This document shows, one piece after another, positions 30,540 through 45,109 of a DNA stretch of 64,000 nt (its first letter is position 1; each line of letters starts with the position of its first letter). The position numbers and the translations under genes are program-made. Below the pieces are notes generated by a model. It did no database searches. It saw only the letters and a list, made by a program, of their open reading frames with translations, and was not told the DNA's origin. The DNA comes from Eledone cirrhosa (taxonomy: Eukaryota): the NCBI GenBank assembly GCA_964016885.1, contig OZ024743.1:142228001-142292000 (forward strand), in the 5' to 3' direction.

Positions 30540-33500
30540 CAAGCACCAAGTACCAAACACCAACCACCAAGCACCAAACACCAAACACCAAGCACCAAGC
30601 ACCAAGCACGAAACACCAGGCACCAAGCACCAAGCACCAAACACCAAACACCAAGCACCAAACACCAGCCACCAAGCACCAAGCACCAAACACCAAACAC
30701 CAAGCACTAAGCACCAAACACCAAACAGCAAGCACCAGGCACCAAACAACAAGCACCAAACACCAAACACCAAGCACTAAGCACCAAACAACAAGCACCA
30801 GGCACCAAGCAGCAAGCACCAAACACCAAGCACCAAGCACCAAGCACCAAGCACCAAACACCAAACACCAAGCACGCAGCACCAAACACCAAGCACCAAG
30901 CACCAAGCACCAAACACCAAGCACCAAGCACCAAGCACCAAACACCAGACACCAAACACCAAGCACCAAGAACCAAACACCAAACACCAAACAGCAAGCA
31001 CCAAGCACCAAACACCAAGCACCAATCACCAAACACTAATTACCAAGCACCAAGCACCAAACACCAAGCACCAAGCAGCAAGCACCAAACACCAAGCACC
31101 AAGCACCAAGCACCAAGCACCAAACACCAAGCACCAAGCACCAAACACCAAACCCCAAGCACCAAAGTCCAAGCAACAAGCACCAAGGACCAAACACCAA
31201 GCACCAAGCACCAAGCACCAAACACCTAGCACCAAGCACCAAACACCCAGCACCAAGCACCAAGCAACAAACACCAAGCACCAAGCACCAAACACCAAAC
31301 ACCAAACACCAAGCACCAAGCACCAAACAGCAAGCACCAAACACCAAGCACCAAACACCAAGCACCAAATACCAAGTCCCACGCACCAAGCACCAAACAC
31401 CAAACACCAAGCACCAAGCACCAAATACCAAGCACAAAGCACCAAGCCCCTAGCACCAAACACCAAACACCAAGCAAAAAGCACAAAACACCAAGCACCA
31501 ATCACCAAGCACCAAACACCAAGCAGCAAGCAGCAAGCACCAAACACGAACGACCAAGCACCAAGCCCCAAATACCAAACACCAAGCACCAAGGACCAAA
31601 GATCAAACACCAAGCACCAAGCACCAAACGCCTAACACCAAGCACCAAGCACCAAGCACCAAGCACCAAACACCAAGCACCAAGCACCAATCACCAAACA
31701 CCAAGAACCAAGCACCAAACACCAAGCACCAAACACCAAGCACCAAGCACCAGGCACCAAGCACCAAGCACCAAACACAAAACACCAAGCACCAAGCACC
31801 AAGCAGCAAACACCAAGCATCAAACACCAAACACCAAACACCAAGCACCAAACACCAAGCACCAAGCACCAAACACCAAACACCAAGCACCAAGCACCAA
31901 GCACCAAACACCAAACACCAAGCACCAAACATTAGATACAAAGCACCAAGCACCAAACACCAAACACCAAGCATCAAGCACCAAACACCAAACAACAAGC
32001 ACCAGGCACCAAGCACCAAACACCAAACACCAAGCACCAAGCACCAAACACCAAACACCAAGCATGCAGCATGAAACACCAAGCACCAAGCACCAAGCAC
32101 CAAACACCAAGCACCAAGCACCAAACACCAACCACCAAACACAAAGCACCAAGCACCAAACACCAAGCACCAATCACCAAACACTAATCACCAAGCACCA
32201 AGCACCAAACACCAAGCACCAAGCGGCAAGCACCAAACACCAAGCACCAAGCACCAAGCACCAAGCACCAAACACCAAGCACCAAGCACCAAACACCAAA
32301 CCCCAAGCACCAAAGTCCAAGCAACAAGCACCAAGGACCAAACACCAAGCACCAAGCACCAAGCACCAAACACCTAGCACCAAGCACCAAACACCCAGCA
32401 CCAAGCACCAAGCAACAAACACCAAGCACCAAGCACCAAACACCAAACACCAAACACCAAGCACCAAGCACCAAACAGCAAGCACCAAACACCAAGCACC
32501 AAACACCAAGCACCAAATACCAAGTCCCACGCACCAAGCACCAAACACCAAACACCAAGCACCAAGCACCAAATACCAAGCACAAAGCACCAAGCCCCTA
32601 GCACCAAACACCAAACACCAAGCAAAAAGCACAAAACACCAAGCACCAATCACCAAGCACCAAACACCAAGCAGCAAGCAGCAAGCACCAAACACGAACG
32701 ACCAAGCACCAAGCCCCAAATACCAAACACCAAGCACCAAGGACCAAAGATCAAACACCAAGCACCAAGCACCAAACGACTAACACCAAGCACCAAGCAC
32801 CAAGCACCAAGCACCAAACACCAAGCACCAAGCACCAATCACCAAACACCAAGAACCAAGCACCAAACACCAAGCACCAAGCACCAAGCACCAGGCACCA
32901 AGCACCAAGCACCAAACACAAAACACGAAGCACCAAGCACCAAGCAGCAAACACCAAGCACCAAACACCAAGCACCAAGCACCAAACACCAAACACCAAG
33001 CACCAAGCACCAAGCACCAAACACCAAACACCAAGCACCAAACATTAGATACAAAGCACCAAGCACCAAACACCAAACACCAAGCATCAAGCACCAAACA
33101 CCAAACAACAAGCACCAGGCACCAAGCACCAAACACCAAACACCAAGCACCAAGCACCAAACACCAAACACCAAGCATGCAGCATCAAACACCAAGCACC
33201 AAGCACCAAGCACCAAACACCAAGCACCAAGCACCAAACACCAACCACCAAACACAAAGCACCAAGCACCAAACACCAAGTACCAAGCACCAAACACCAA
33301 ACACCAAGCACCAAACACCAAACCACAAGCACCAAGCACCAAGCACCAGGCACCAAGCACCAAGCACCAAACACTGATCACCAAGCACCAAGCACCAAGC
33401 ACCAAACACAAAGCACCAAGCACCAAGCACCAAACACCAAGCACCAAGCACCAAACACCAAACACCAAGATCCAAAGACCAAGCACCAAGCACCAAGCAC

Positions 33501-36500
33501 CAAGCACCAAACAATAAGCACCAAGCACCAAACACCAAGCACCAAGCACCAAACACCAACCACCCAGCAACAAGCACCAAGCACCAAACACCAAGCACCA
33601 AACACCAAACACCAAGCACCAAGCACCAAGCGCCAAGCACCAAACACCAAGCACCAAGCACTAAGCACCAAACACCAAGCCCCAAGCAGCAAGCACCAAA
33701 CACCAAACACCAAGCACCAAGCACCAAGCACCAAGCACCAAGCACCAAGCACCTAGCACCAAACACCAAACACCAAGCACCAAGCACCAAACACCAAGCA
33801 CCAATCACCAAGCACCAAACACCAAGCAGCAAGCAGCAAGCACCAAACACCAAACACCAAGCACCAAGCACCAAACACCAAGCACCAAGGACCAAACATC
33901 AAAAACCAAGCACCAAGCACCAAACACCTAACACCAAGCACCAAGCACCAAGCACAGAACACCAAGCACCAAACACCAAGCACCAAATACCAAGCACCAA
34001 GCACCAAACACCAAGCACCAAACACCAAGCACCAAGCACCAAGCACCAAACACCAAGCACCAGGCACCAAGCACCAAACACCAAGCACCATGCACCAAGC
34101 ACCAATCCCCAAACACTTAACACCAAGCACCAAGCACCAAACACCAAGCACCAAATACCAAACACCAAGCACCAACTACTAAACACCAAGCACCAAGCAC
34201 CAAACACAAGCACCAAGCACCAATCACCAAACACCAAGAACCAAGCACCAAACACCAAGCACCAAAGACCAAGCACCAGGCACCAAGCACCAATCACCAA
34301 ACACAAAACACCAAGCACCAAGCACCAAGCAGCAAACACCAAGCATCAAACACCAAACACCAAACACCAAGCACCAAACACCAAGCACCAAGCACCAAAC
34401 ACCAAACACCAAGCACCAAGCACCAAGCACCAAACACCAAACACCAAGCACCAAACACCAAACACCAAGCATCAAGCACCAAACACCAAACAACAAGCAC
34501 CAGGTACCAAGCACCAAACACCAAACACCAAGCACGCAGCATCAAACACCAAGCACCAAACACCAGCCACCAAGCACCAAGCACCAAACACCAAACAACA
34601 AGCACCAGGCACCAAGCACCAAACACCAAACACCAATCACGCATCACCAAGCACCAAGCACCAAGCACCAAGCACCAAACACCAAGCACCAAGCGCCAAG
34701 CACCAAACACCAAACACCAAACACTAAGCACCAAGAACCAAACACCAAACACCAAGCACCAAGCACCAAACACCAAGCACCAAACACCAAACCCCAAGCA
34801 CCAATCACCAAACACTAATCACCAAGCACCAAGCACCAAACACCGAGCACCAAGCAGCAAGCACCAAACACCAAGCACCAAGCACCAAGCACCAAGCACC
34901 AAACACCAAGCACCAAGCACCAAGGACCAAACACCAAGCACCAAGCACCAAACACCAAGCACCAAGCACCAAACACCAAGCACCAAGCACTAAACACCAA
35001 TCACCAAACACAAAGCACCAAGCACCAAACACCAAGCACCAAGCACCAAACACCAAGCACCAAGCACCAAACACCAAACCACAAGCACCAAACACCAAAC
35101 ACCAAACCCCAAGCACCAAGCACCAAACACTAATCAGCAAGCACCAAGCACCAAACAACAAGCACCAAGCACCAAGCACGAGGCACCAAGCACCAAGCAC
35201 CAAACACTAATCACCAAGCACCAAGCACCAAGCACCAAACACCAAGCACCAAGCACCAAGCACCAAACACCAAGCACCAAGCACCAAACACCAAACACCA
35301 AGATCCAAAGACCGAGCCCCAAGCACCAAGCACCAAGCACCAAAAAATAAGCACCAAGCACCAAACACCAAGCACCAAGCACCAAACACCAACCACCCAG
35401 CACCAAGCACCAAGCACCAAACACCAAGCACCAAACACCAAACACCAAACACCAAGCACCAAGCACGAAGCACCAAACACCAAGCACCAAGCACTAAGCA
35501 CCAAACACCAAGCCCCAAGCACCAAGCACCAAACACCAAACACCAAGCACCAAGCACCAAACACCAAGCACCAAGCACCAAGCACCTAGCACCAAACACC
35601 AAGCAGCAAGCAGCAAGCACCAAAGACCAAACACCAAGCACCAAGCACCAAGCACCAAGTACCAAACACCAACCACCAAGCACCAAACACCAAACACCAA
35701 GCACCAAGCACCGAGCACGAAACACCAGGCACCAAGCACCAAGCACCAAACACCAAACACCAAGCACCAAACACCAGCCACCAAGCACCAAGCACCAAAC
35801 ACCAAACACCAAGCACTAAGCACCAAACACCAAACAGCAAGCACCAGGCACCAAACAACAAGCACCAAACACCAAACACCAAGCACTAAGCACCAAACAA
35901 CAAGCACCAGGCACCAAGCAGCAAGCACCAAACACCAAGCACCAAGCACCAAGCACCAAGCACCAAACAGCAAACACCAAGCACGCAGCACCAAACACCA
36001 AGCACCAAGCACCAAGCACCAAACACCAAGCACCAAGCACCAAGCACCAAACACCAAACACCAAACACCAAGCACCAAGAACCAAACACCAAACACCAAA
36101 CAGCAAGCACCAAGCACCAAACACCAAGCACCAATCACCAAACACTAATCACCAAGCACCAAGCACCAAACACCAAGCACCAAGCAGCAAGCACCAAACA
36201 CCAAGCACCAAGCACCAAGTACCAAGCACCAAACACCAAGCACCAAGCACCAAACACCAAACCCCAAGCACCAAAGTCCAAGCAACAAGCACCAAGGACC
36301 AAACACCAAGCACCAAGCACCAAGCACCAAACACCTAGCACCAAGCACCAAACACCCAGCACCAAGCACCAAGCAACAAACACCAAGCACCAAGCACCAA
36401 ACACCAAACACCAAACACCAAGCACCAAGCACCAAACAGCAAGCACCAAACACCAAGCACCAAACACCAAGCACCAAATACCAAGTCCCACGCACCAAGC

Positions 36501-39500
36501 ACCAAACACCAAACACCAAGCACCAAGCACCAAATACCAAGCACAAAGCACCAAGCCCCTAGCACCAAACACCAAACACCAAGCAAAAAGCACAAAACAC
36601 CAAGCACCAATCACCAAGCACCAAACACCAAGCAGCAAGCAGCAAGCACCAAACACGAACGACCAAGCACCAAGCCCCAAATATCAAACACCAAGCACCA
36701 AGGACCAAAGATCAAACACCAAGCACCAAGCACCAAACGCCTAACACCAAGCACCAAGCACCAAGCACCATGCACCAAACACCAAGCACCAAGCACCAAT
36801 CACCAAACACCAAGAACCAAGCACCAAACACCAAGCACCAAGCACCAAGCACCAGGCACCAAGCACCAAGCACCAAACACAAAACACCAAGCACCAAGCA
36901 CCAAGCAGCAAACACCAAGCATCAAACACCAAACACCAAACACCAAGCACCAAACACCAAGCACCAAGCACCAAACACCAAACACCAAGCACCAAGCACC
37001 AAGCACCAAACACCAAACACCAAGCACCAAACATTAGATACAAAGCACCAAGCACCAAACACCAAACACCAAGCATCAAGCACCAAACACCAAACAACAA
37101 GCACCAGGCACCAAGCACCAAACACCAAACACCAAGCACCAAGCACCAAACACCAAACACCAAGCATGCAGCATGAAACACCAAGCACCAAGCACCAAGC
37201 ACCAAACACCAAGCACCAAGCACCAAACACCAACCACCAAACACAAAGCACCAAGCACCAAACACCAAGCACCAATCACCAAACACTAATCACCAAGCAC
37301 CAAGCACCAAACACCAAGCACCAAGCAGCAAGCACCAAACACCAAGCACCAAGCACCAAGCACCAAGCACCAAACACCAAGCACCAAGCACCAAACACCA
37401 AACCCCAAGCACCAAAGTCCAAGCAACAAGCACCAAGGACCAAACACCAAGCACCAAGCACCAAGCACCAAACACCTAGCACCAAGCACCAAACACCCAG
37501 CACCAAGCACCAAGCAACAAACACCAAGCACCAAGCACCAAACACCAAACACCAAACACCAAGCACCAAGCACCAAACAGCAAGCACCAAACACCAAGCA
37601 CCAAACACCAAGCACCAAATACCAAGTCCCACGCACCAAGCACCAAACACCAAACACCAAGCACCAAGCACCAAATACCAAGCACAAAGCACCAAGCCCC
37701 TAGCACCAAACACCAAACACCAAGCAAAAAGCACAAAACACCAAGCACCAATCACCAAGCACCAAACACCAAGCAGCAAGCAGCAAGCACCAAACACGAA
37801 CGACCAAGCACCAAGCCCCAAATACCAAACACCAAGCACCAAGGACCAAAGATCAAACACCAAGCACCAAGCACCAAACGCCTAACACCAAGCACCAAGC
37901 ACCAAGCACCAAGCACCAAACACCAAGCACCAAGCACCAATCACCAAACACCAAGAACCAAGCACCAAACACCAAGCACCAAGCACCAAGCACCAGGCAC
38001 CAAGCACCAAGCACCAAACACAAAACACCAAGCACCAAGCACCAAGCAGCAAACACCAAGCATCAAACACCAAACACCAAACACCAAGCACCAAACACCA
38101 AGCACCAAGCACCAAACGCCAAACACCAAGCACCAAGCACCAAGCACCAAACACCAAACACCAAGCACCAAACATTAGATACAAAGCACCAAGCACCAAA
38201 CACCAAACACCAAGCATCAAGCACCAAACACCAAACAACAAGCACCAGGCACCAAGCACCAAACACCAAACACCAAGCACCAAGCACCAAACACCAAACA
38301 CCAAGCATGCAGCATCAAACACCAAGCACCAAGCACCAAGCACCAAACACCAAGCACCAAGCACCAAACACCAACCACCAAACACAAAGCACCAAGCACC
38401 AAACACCAAGTACCAAGCACCAAACACCAAACACCAAGCACCAAACACCAAACCACAAGCACCAAGCACCAAGCACCAGGCACCAAGCACCAAGCACCAA
38501 ACACTAATCACCAAGCACCAAGCACCAAGCACCAAACACAAAGCACCAAGCACCAAGCACCAAACACCAAGCACCAAGCACCAAACACCAAACACCAAGA
38601 TCCAAAGACCAAGCACCAAGCACCAAGCACCAAGCACCAAACAATAAGCACCAAGCACCAAACACCAAGCACCAAGCACCAAACACCAACCACCCAGCAC
38701 CAAGCACCAAGCACCAAACACCAAGCACCAAACACCAAACACCAAGCACCAAGCACCAAGCGCCAAGCACCAAACACCAAGCACCAAGCACTAAGCACCA
38801 AACACCAAGCCCCAAGCAGCAAGCACCAAACACCAAACACCAAGCACCAAGCACCAAGCACCAAGCACCAAGCACCAAGCACCTAGCACCAAACACCAAA
38901 CACCAAGCACCAAGCACCAAACACCAAGCACCAATCACCAAGCACCAAACACCAAGCAGCAAGCAGCAAGCACCAAACACCAAACACCAAGCACCAAGCA
39001 CCAAACACCAAGCACCAAGGACCAAACATCAAACACCAAGCACCAAGCACCAAACACCTAACACCAAGCACCAAGCACCAAGCACCGAACACCAAGCACC
39101 AAACACCAAGCACCAAATACCAAGCACCAAGCACCAAACACCAAGCACCAAACACCAAGCACCAAGCACCAAGCACCAAACACCAAGCACCAGGCACCAA
39201 GCACCAAACACCAAGCACCATGCACCAAGCACCAATCCCCAAACACTTAACACCAAGCACCAAGCACCAAACACCAAGCACCAAAAACCAAACACCAAGC
39301 ACCAACTACTAAACACCAAGCACCAAGCACCAAACACAAGCACCAAGCACCAATCACCAAACACCAAGAACCAAGCACCAAACACCAAGCACCAAAGACC
39401 AAGCACCAGGCACGAAGCACCAATCACCAAACACAAAACACCAAGCACCAAGCACCAAGCAGCAAACACCAAGCATCAAACACCAAACACCAAACACCAA

Positions 39501-40020
39501 GCACCAAACAACAAGCACCAAGCACCAAACACCAAACACCAAGCACCAAGCACCAAGCACCAAGCACCAAACACCAAACACCAAGCACCAAACACCAAAC
39601 ACCAAGCATCAAGCACCAAACACCAAACAACAAGCACCAGGTACCAAGCACCAAAGACCAAACACCAAGCACGCAGCATCAAACACCAAGCACCAAGCAC
39701 CAAACACCAAACACCAAGTACCAAGCACCAAGCACCAAGCACCAAACACCAAACACCAAGCACCAAACACCAGCCACCAAGCACCAAGCACCAAACACCA
39801 AACAACAAGCACCAGGCACCAAGCACCAAACACCAAACACCAATCACGCATCACCAAGCACCAAGCACCAAGCACCAAGCACCAAACACCAAGCACCAAG
39901 CACCAAGCATCAAACACCAAACACCAAACACTAAGCACCAAGAACCAAACACCAAACACCAAGCACCAAGCACCAAACACCAAGCACCAAACACCAAACC
40001 CCAAGCACCAATCACCAAAC
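30540..40020 (+). repeat. Older ~5.1 kb higher-order duplication (~30.5-34.9 kb vs ~35.65-40.0 kb)
   Basis: Offsets of matching pseudo-ORFs: 31026/36135 (5109), 32174/37276 (5102), and 33087/38217 and 33753/38883 (5130). The 6-mer CACAAG is shared at 34205/39335. Confidence 0.82.
31010..33275 (+). repeat. Tandem duplication, ~1148 bp unit (repeated as a 1141 bp pair at ~36.1-38.4 kb)
   Basis: The 195-aa pseudo-ORFs 31026..31613 and 32174..32761 are identical (offset 1148 = 164x7), and 36135/37276 are offset 1141 = 163x7. Markers TCCCACG, CACGAACGACC and CATTAGATACAAAG are shared. Confidence 0.88.
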
Positions 40021-43000
40021 ACTAATCACCAAGCACCAAGCACCAAACACCAAGCACCAAGCACCAAGCACCAAGCACCAAACACCAAGCACCAAGCACC
40101 AAACACCAAACCCCAAGCACCAAAGACCAAGCACCAAGCACCAAGGACCAAACACCAAGCACCAAGCACCAAACACCAAGCACCAAGCACCAAACACCAA
40201 ACACCAAACACCAAGCACCAAGCACCAAACAGCAAGCACCAAACACCAAGCACCAAACACCAAGCACCAAATACCAAGTCCCACGCACCAAGCACCAAAC
40301 ACCAAACACCAAGCACCAAGCACCAAATACCAAGCACAAAGCACCAAGCCCCTAGCACCAAACACCAAACACCAAGCAAAAAGCACAAAACACCAAGCAC
40401 CAATCACCAAGCACCAAACACCAAGCAGCAAGCAGCAAGCACCAAACACGAACGACCAAGCACCAAGCCCCAAATATCAAACACCAAGCACCAAGGACCA
40501 AAGATCAAACACCAAGCACCAAGCACCAAACGCCTAACACCAAGCACCAAGCACCAAGCACCATGCACCAAACACCAAGCACCAAGCACCAATCACCAAA
40601 CACCAAGAACCAAGCACCAAACACCAAGCACCAAGCACCAAGCACCAGGCACCAAGCACCAAGCACCAAACACAAAACACCAAGCACCAAGCACCAAGCA
40701 GCAAACACCAAGCATCAAACACCAAACACCAAACACCAAGCACCAAACACCAAGCACCAAGCACCAAACACCAAACACCAAGCACCAAGCACCAAGCACC
40801 AAACACCAAACACCAAGCACCAAACATTAGATACAAAGCACCAAGCACCAAACACCAAACACCAAGCATCAAGCACCAAACACCAAACAACAAGCACCAG
40901 GCACCAAGCACCAAACACCAAACACCAAGCACCAAGCACCAAACACCAAACACCAAGCATGCAGCATGAAACACCAAGCACCAAGCACCAAGCACCAAAC
41001 ACCAAGCACCAAGCACCAAACACCAACCACCAAACACAAAGCACCAAGCACCAAACACCAAGCACCAATCACCAAACACTAATCACCAAGCACCAAGCAC
41101 CAAACACCAAGCACCAAGCAGCAAGCACCAAACACCAAGCACCAAGCACCAAGCACCAAGCACCAAACACCAAGCACCAAGCACCAAACACCAAACCCCA
41201 AGCACCAAAGTCCAAGCAACAAGCACCAAGGACCAAACACCAAGCACCAAGCACCAAGCACCAAACACCTAGCACCAAGCACCAAACACCCAGCACCAAG
41301 CACCAAGCAACAAACACCAAGCACCAAGCACCAAACACCAAACACCAAACACCAAGCACCAAGCACCAAACAGCAAGCACCAAACACCAAGCACCAAACA
41401 CCAAGCACCAAATACCAAGTCCCACGCACCAAGCACCAAACACCAAACACCAAGCACCAAGCACCAAATACCAAGCACAAAGCACCAAGCCCCTAGCACC
41501 AAACACCAAACACCAAGCAAAAAGCACAAAACACCAAGCACCAATCACCAAGCACCAAACACCAAGCAGCAAGCAGCAAGCACCAAACACGAACGACCAA
41601 GCACCAAGCCCCAAATACCAAACACCAAGCACCAAGGACCAAAGATCAAACACCAAGCACCAAGCACCAAACGCCTAACACCAAGCACCAAGCACCAAGC
41701 ACCAAGCACCAAACACCAAGCACCAAGCACCAATCACCAAACACCAAGAACCAAGCACCAAACACCAAGCACCAAGCACCAAGCACCAGGCACCAAGCAC
41801 CAAGCACCAAACACAAAACACCAAGCACCAAGCACCAAGCAGCAAACACCAAGCATCAAACACCAAACACCAAACACCAAGCACCAAACACCAAGCACCA
41901 AGCACCAAACGCCAAACACCAAGCACCAAGCACCAAGCACCAAACACCAAACACCAAGCACCAAACATTAGATACAAAGCACCAAGCACCAAACACCAAA
42001 CACCAAGCATCAAGCACCAAACACCAAACAACAAGCACCAGGCACCAAGCACCAAACACCAAACACCAAGCACCAAGCACCAAACACCAAACACCAAGCA
42101 TGCAGCATCAAACACCAAGCACCAAGCACCAAGCACCAAACACCAAGCACCAAGCACCAAACACCAACCACCAAACACAAAGCACCAAGCACCAAACACC
42201 AAGTACCAAGCACCAAACACCAAACACCAAGCACCAAACACCAAACCACAAGCACCAAGCACCAAGCACCAGGCACCAAGCACCAAGCACCAAACACTAA
42301 TCACCAAGCACCAAGCACCAAGCACCAAACACAAAGCACCAAGCACCAAGCACCAAACACCAAGCACCAAGCACCAAACACCAAACACCAAGATCCAAAG
42401 ACCAAGCACCAAGCACCAAGCACCAAGCACCAAACAATAAGCACCAAGCACCAAACACCAAGCACCAAGCACCAAACACCAACCACCCAGCACCAAGCAC
42501 CAAGCACCAAACACCAAGCACCAAACACCAAACACCAAGCACCAAGCACCAAGCGCCAAGCACCAAACACCAAGCACCAAGCACTAAGCACCAAACACCA
42601 AGCCCCAAGCAGCAAGCACCAAACACCAAACACCAAGCACCAAGCACCAAGCACCAAGCACCAAGCACCAAGCACCTAGCACCAAACACCAAACACCAAG
42701 CACCAAGCACCAAACACCAAGCACCAATCACCAAGCACCAAACACCAAGCAGCAAGCAGCAAGCACCAAACACCAAACACCAAGCACCAAGCACCAAACA
42801 CCAAGCACCAAGGACCAAACATCAAACACCAAGCACCAAGCACCAAACACCTAACACCAAGCACCAAGCACCAAGCACCGAACACCAAGCACCAAACACC
42901 AAGCACCAAATACCAAGCACCAAGCACCAAACACCAAGCACCAAACACCAAGCACCAAGCACCAAGCACCAAACACCAAGCACCAGGCACCAAGCACCAA

Positions 43001-43993
43001 ACACCAAGCACCATGCACCAAGCACCAATCCCCAAACACTTAACACCAAGCACCAAGCACCAAACACCAAGCACCAAAAACCAAACACCAAGCACCAACT
43101 ACTAAACACCAAGCACCAAGCACCAAACACAAGCACCAAGCACCAATCACCAAACACCAAGAACCAAGCACCAAACACCAAGCACCAAAGACCAAGCACC
43201 AGGCACGAAGCACCAATCACCAAACACAAAACACCAAGCACCAAGCACCAAGCAGCAAACACCAAGCATCAAACACCAAACACCAAACACCAAGCACCAA
43301 ACAACAAGCACCAAGCACCAAACACCAAACACCAAGCACCAAGCACCAAGCACCAAGCACCAAACACCAAACACCAAGCACCAAACACCAAACACCAAGC
43401 ATCAAGCACCAAACACCAAACAACAAGCACCAGGTACCAAGCACCAAAGACCAAACACCAAGCACGCAGCATCAAACACCAAGCACCAAGCACCAAACAC
43501 CAAACACCAAGTACCAAGCACCAAGCACCAAGCACCAAACACCAAACACCAAGCACCAAACACCAGCCACCAAGCACCAAGCACCAAACACCAAACAACA
43601 AGCACCAGGCACCAAGCACCAAACACCAAACACCAATCACGCATCACCAAGCACCAAGCACCAAGCACCAAGCACCAAACACCAAGCACCAAGCACCAAG
43701 CATCAAACACCAAACACCAAACACTAAGCACCAAGAACCAAACACCAAACACCAAGCACCAAGCACCAAACACCAAGCACCAAACACCAAACCCCAAGCA
43801 CCAATCACCAAACACTAATCACCAAGCACCAAGCACCAAACACCAAGCACCAAGCACCAAGCACCAAGCACCAAACACCAAGCACCAAGCACCAAACACC
43901 AAACCCCAAGCACCAAAGACCAAGCACCAAGCACCAAGGACCAAACACCAAGCACCAAGCACCAAACACCAAGCACCAAGCACCAAACACCAA
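36377..43993 (+). repeat. Near-perfect tandem duplication, 3793 bp unit (copy 1 ~36377-40169, copy 2 ~40170-43993)
   Basis: TCCCACG at 36486/40279 and ORF pairs 36770/40563, 37882/41675 and 39609/43402 are all offset by 3793 (542 heptamers minus 1), with identical translations. Confidence 0.95.
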
Positions 43994-45109
43994 GCACCAA
44001 GCACTAAACACCAATCACCAAACACAAAGCACCAAGCATCAAACACCAAGCACCAACCACCAAACACCAAGCACCAAGCACCAAACACCAAACCACAAGC
44101 ACCAAACACCAAACACCAAACCCCAAGCACCAAGCACCAAACACTAATCACCAAGCACCAAGCACCAAACAACAAGCACCAAGCACCAAGCACGAGGCAC
44201 CAAGCACCAAGCACCAAACACTAATCACCAAGCACCAAGCACCAAGCACCAAACACCAAGCACCAAGGACCAAGCACCAAACACCAAGCACCAAGCACCA
44301 AACACCAAACACCAAGATCCAAAGACCGAGCCCCAAGCACCAAGCACCAAGCACCAAACAATAAGCACCAAGCACCAAACACCAAGCACCAAGCACCAAA
44401 CACCAACCACCCAGCACCAAGCACCAAGCACCAAACACCAAGCACCAAACACCAAACACCAAACACCAAGCACCAAGCACGAAGCACCAAACACCAAGCA
44501 CCAAGCACTAAGCACCAAACACCAAGCCCCAAGCACCAAGCACCAAACACCAAACACCAAGCACCAAGCACCAAACACCAAGCACCAAGCACCAAGCACC
44601 TAGCACCAAACACCAAGCAGCAAGCAGCAAGCACCAAAGACCAAACACCAAGCACCAAGCACCAAACACCAAGCACCAAGCACCAAGCACCAAACACCAA
44701 GCACCAAGCACCAAGCACCTAGCACCAAACACCAAACACCAAGCACCAAGCACCAAATACCAAGCACCAATCACCAAGCACCAAACACCAAGCAGCAAGC
44801 AGCAAGCACCAAACACCAAACACCAAGAACCAAGCACCAAGCACCAAGCACCGAACACCAAGCACATTACACAAAGCACCAAACACCAAGCACCAAGTAC
44901 CAAACACCAAGCACCAAACACCAAGCACCAAGAACCAAGCAGCAAACACCAAGCACCAGGCACCAAGCACCAAACACCAAGCACCATGCACCAAGCACCA
45001 AGCCCCAAACACTTAACACCAAGCACCAAGCACCAAGCACCAAACTCCAATCACCAAAAACCAAACACCAAGCACCAAGTACCAAACACCAAGCACCAAG
45101 CACCAAACA

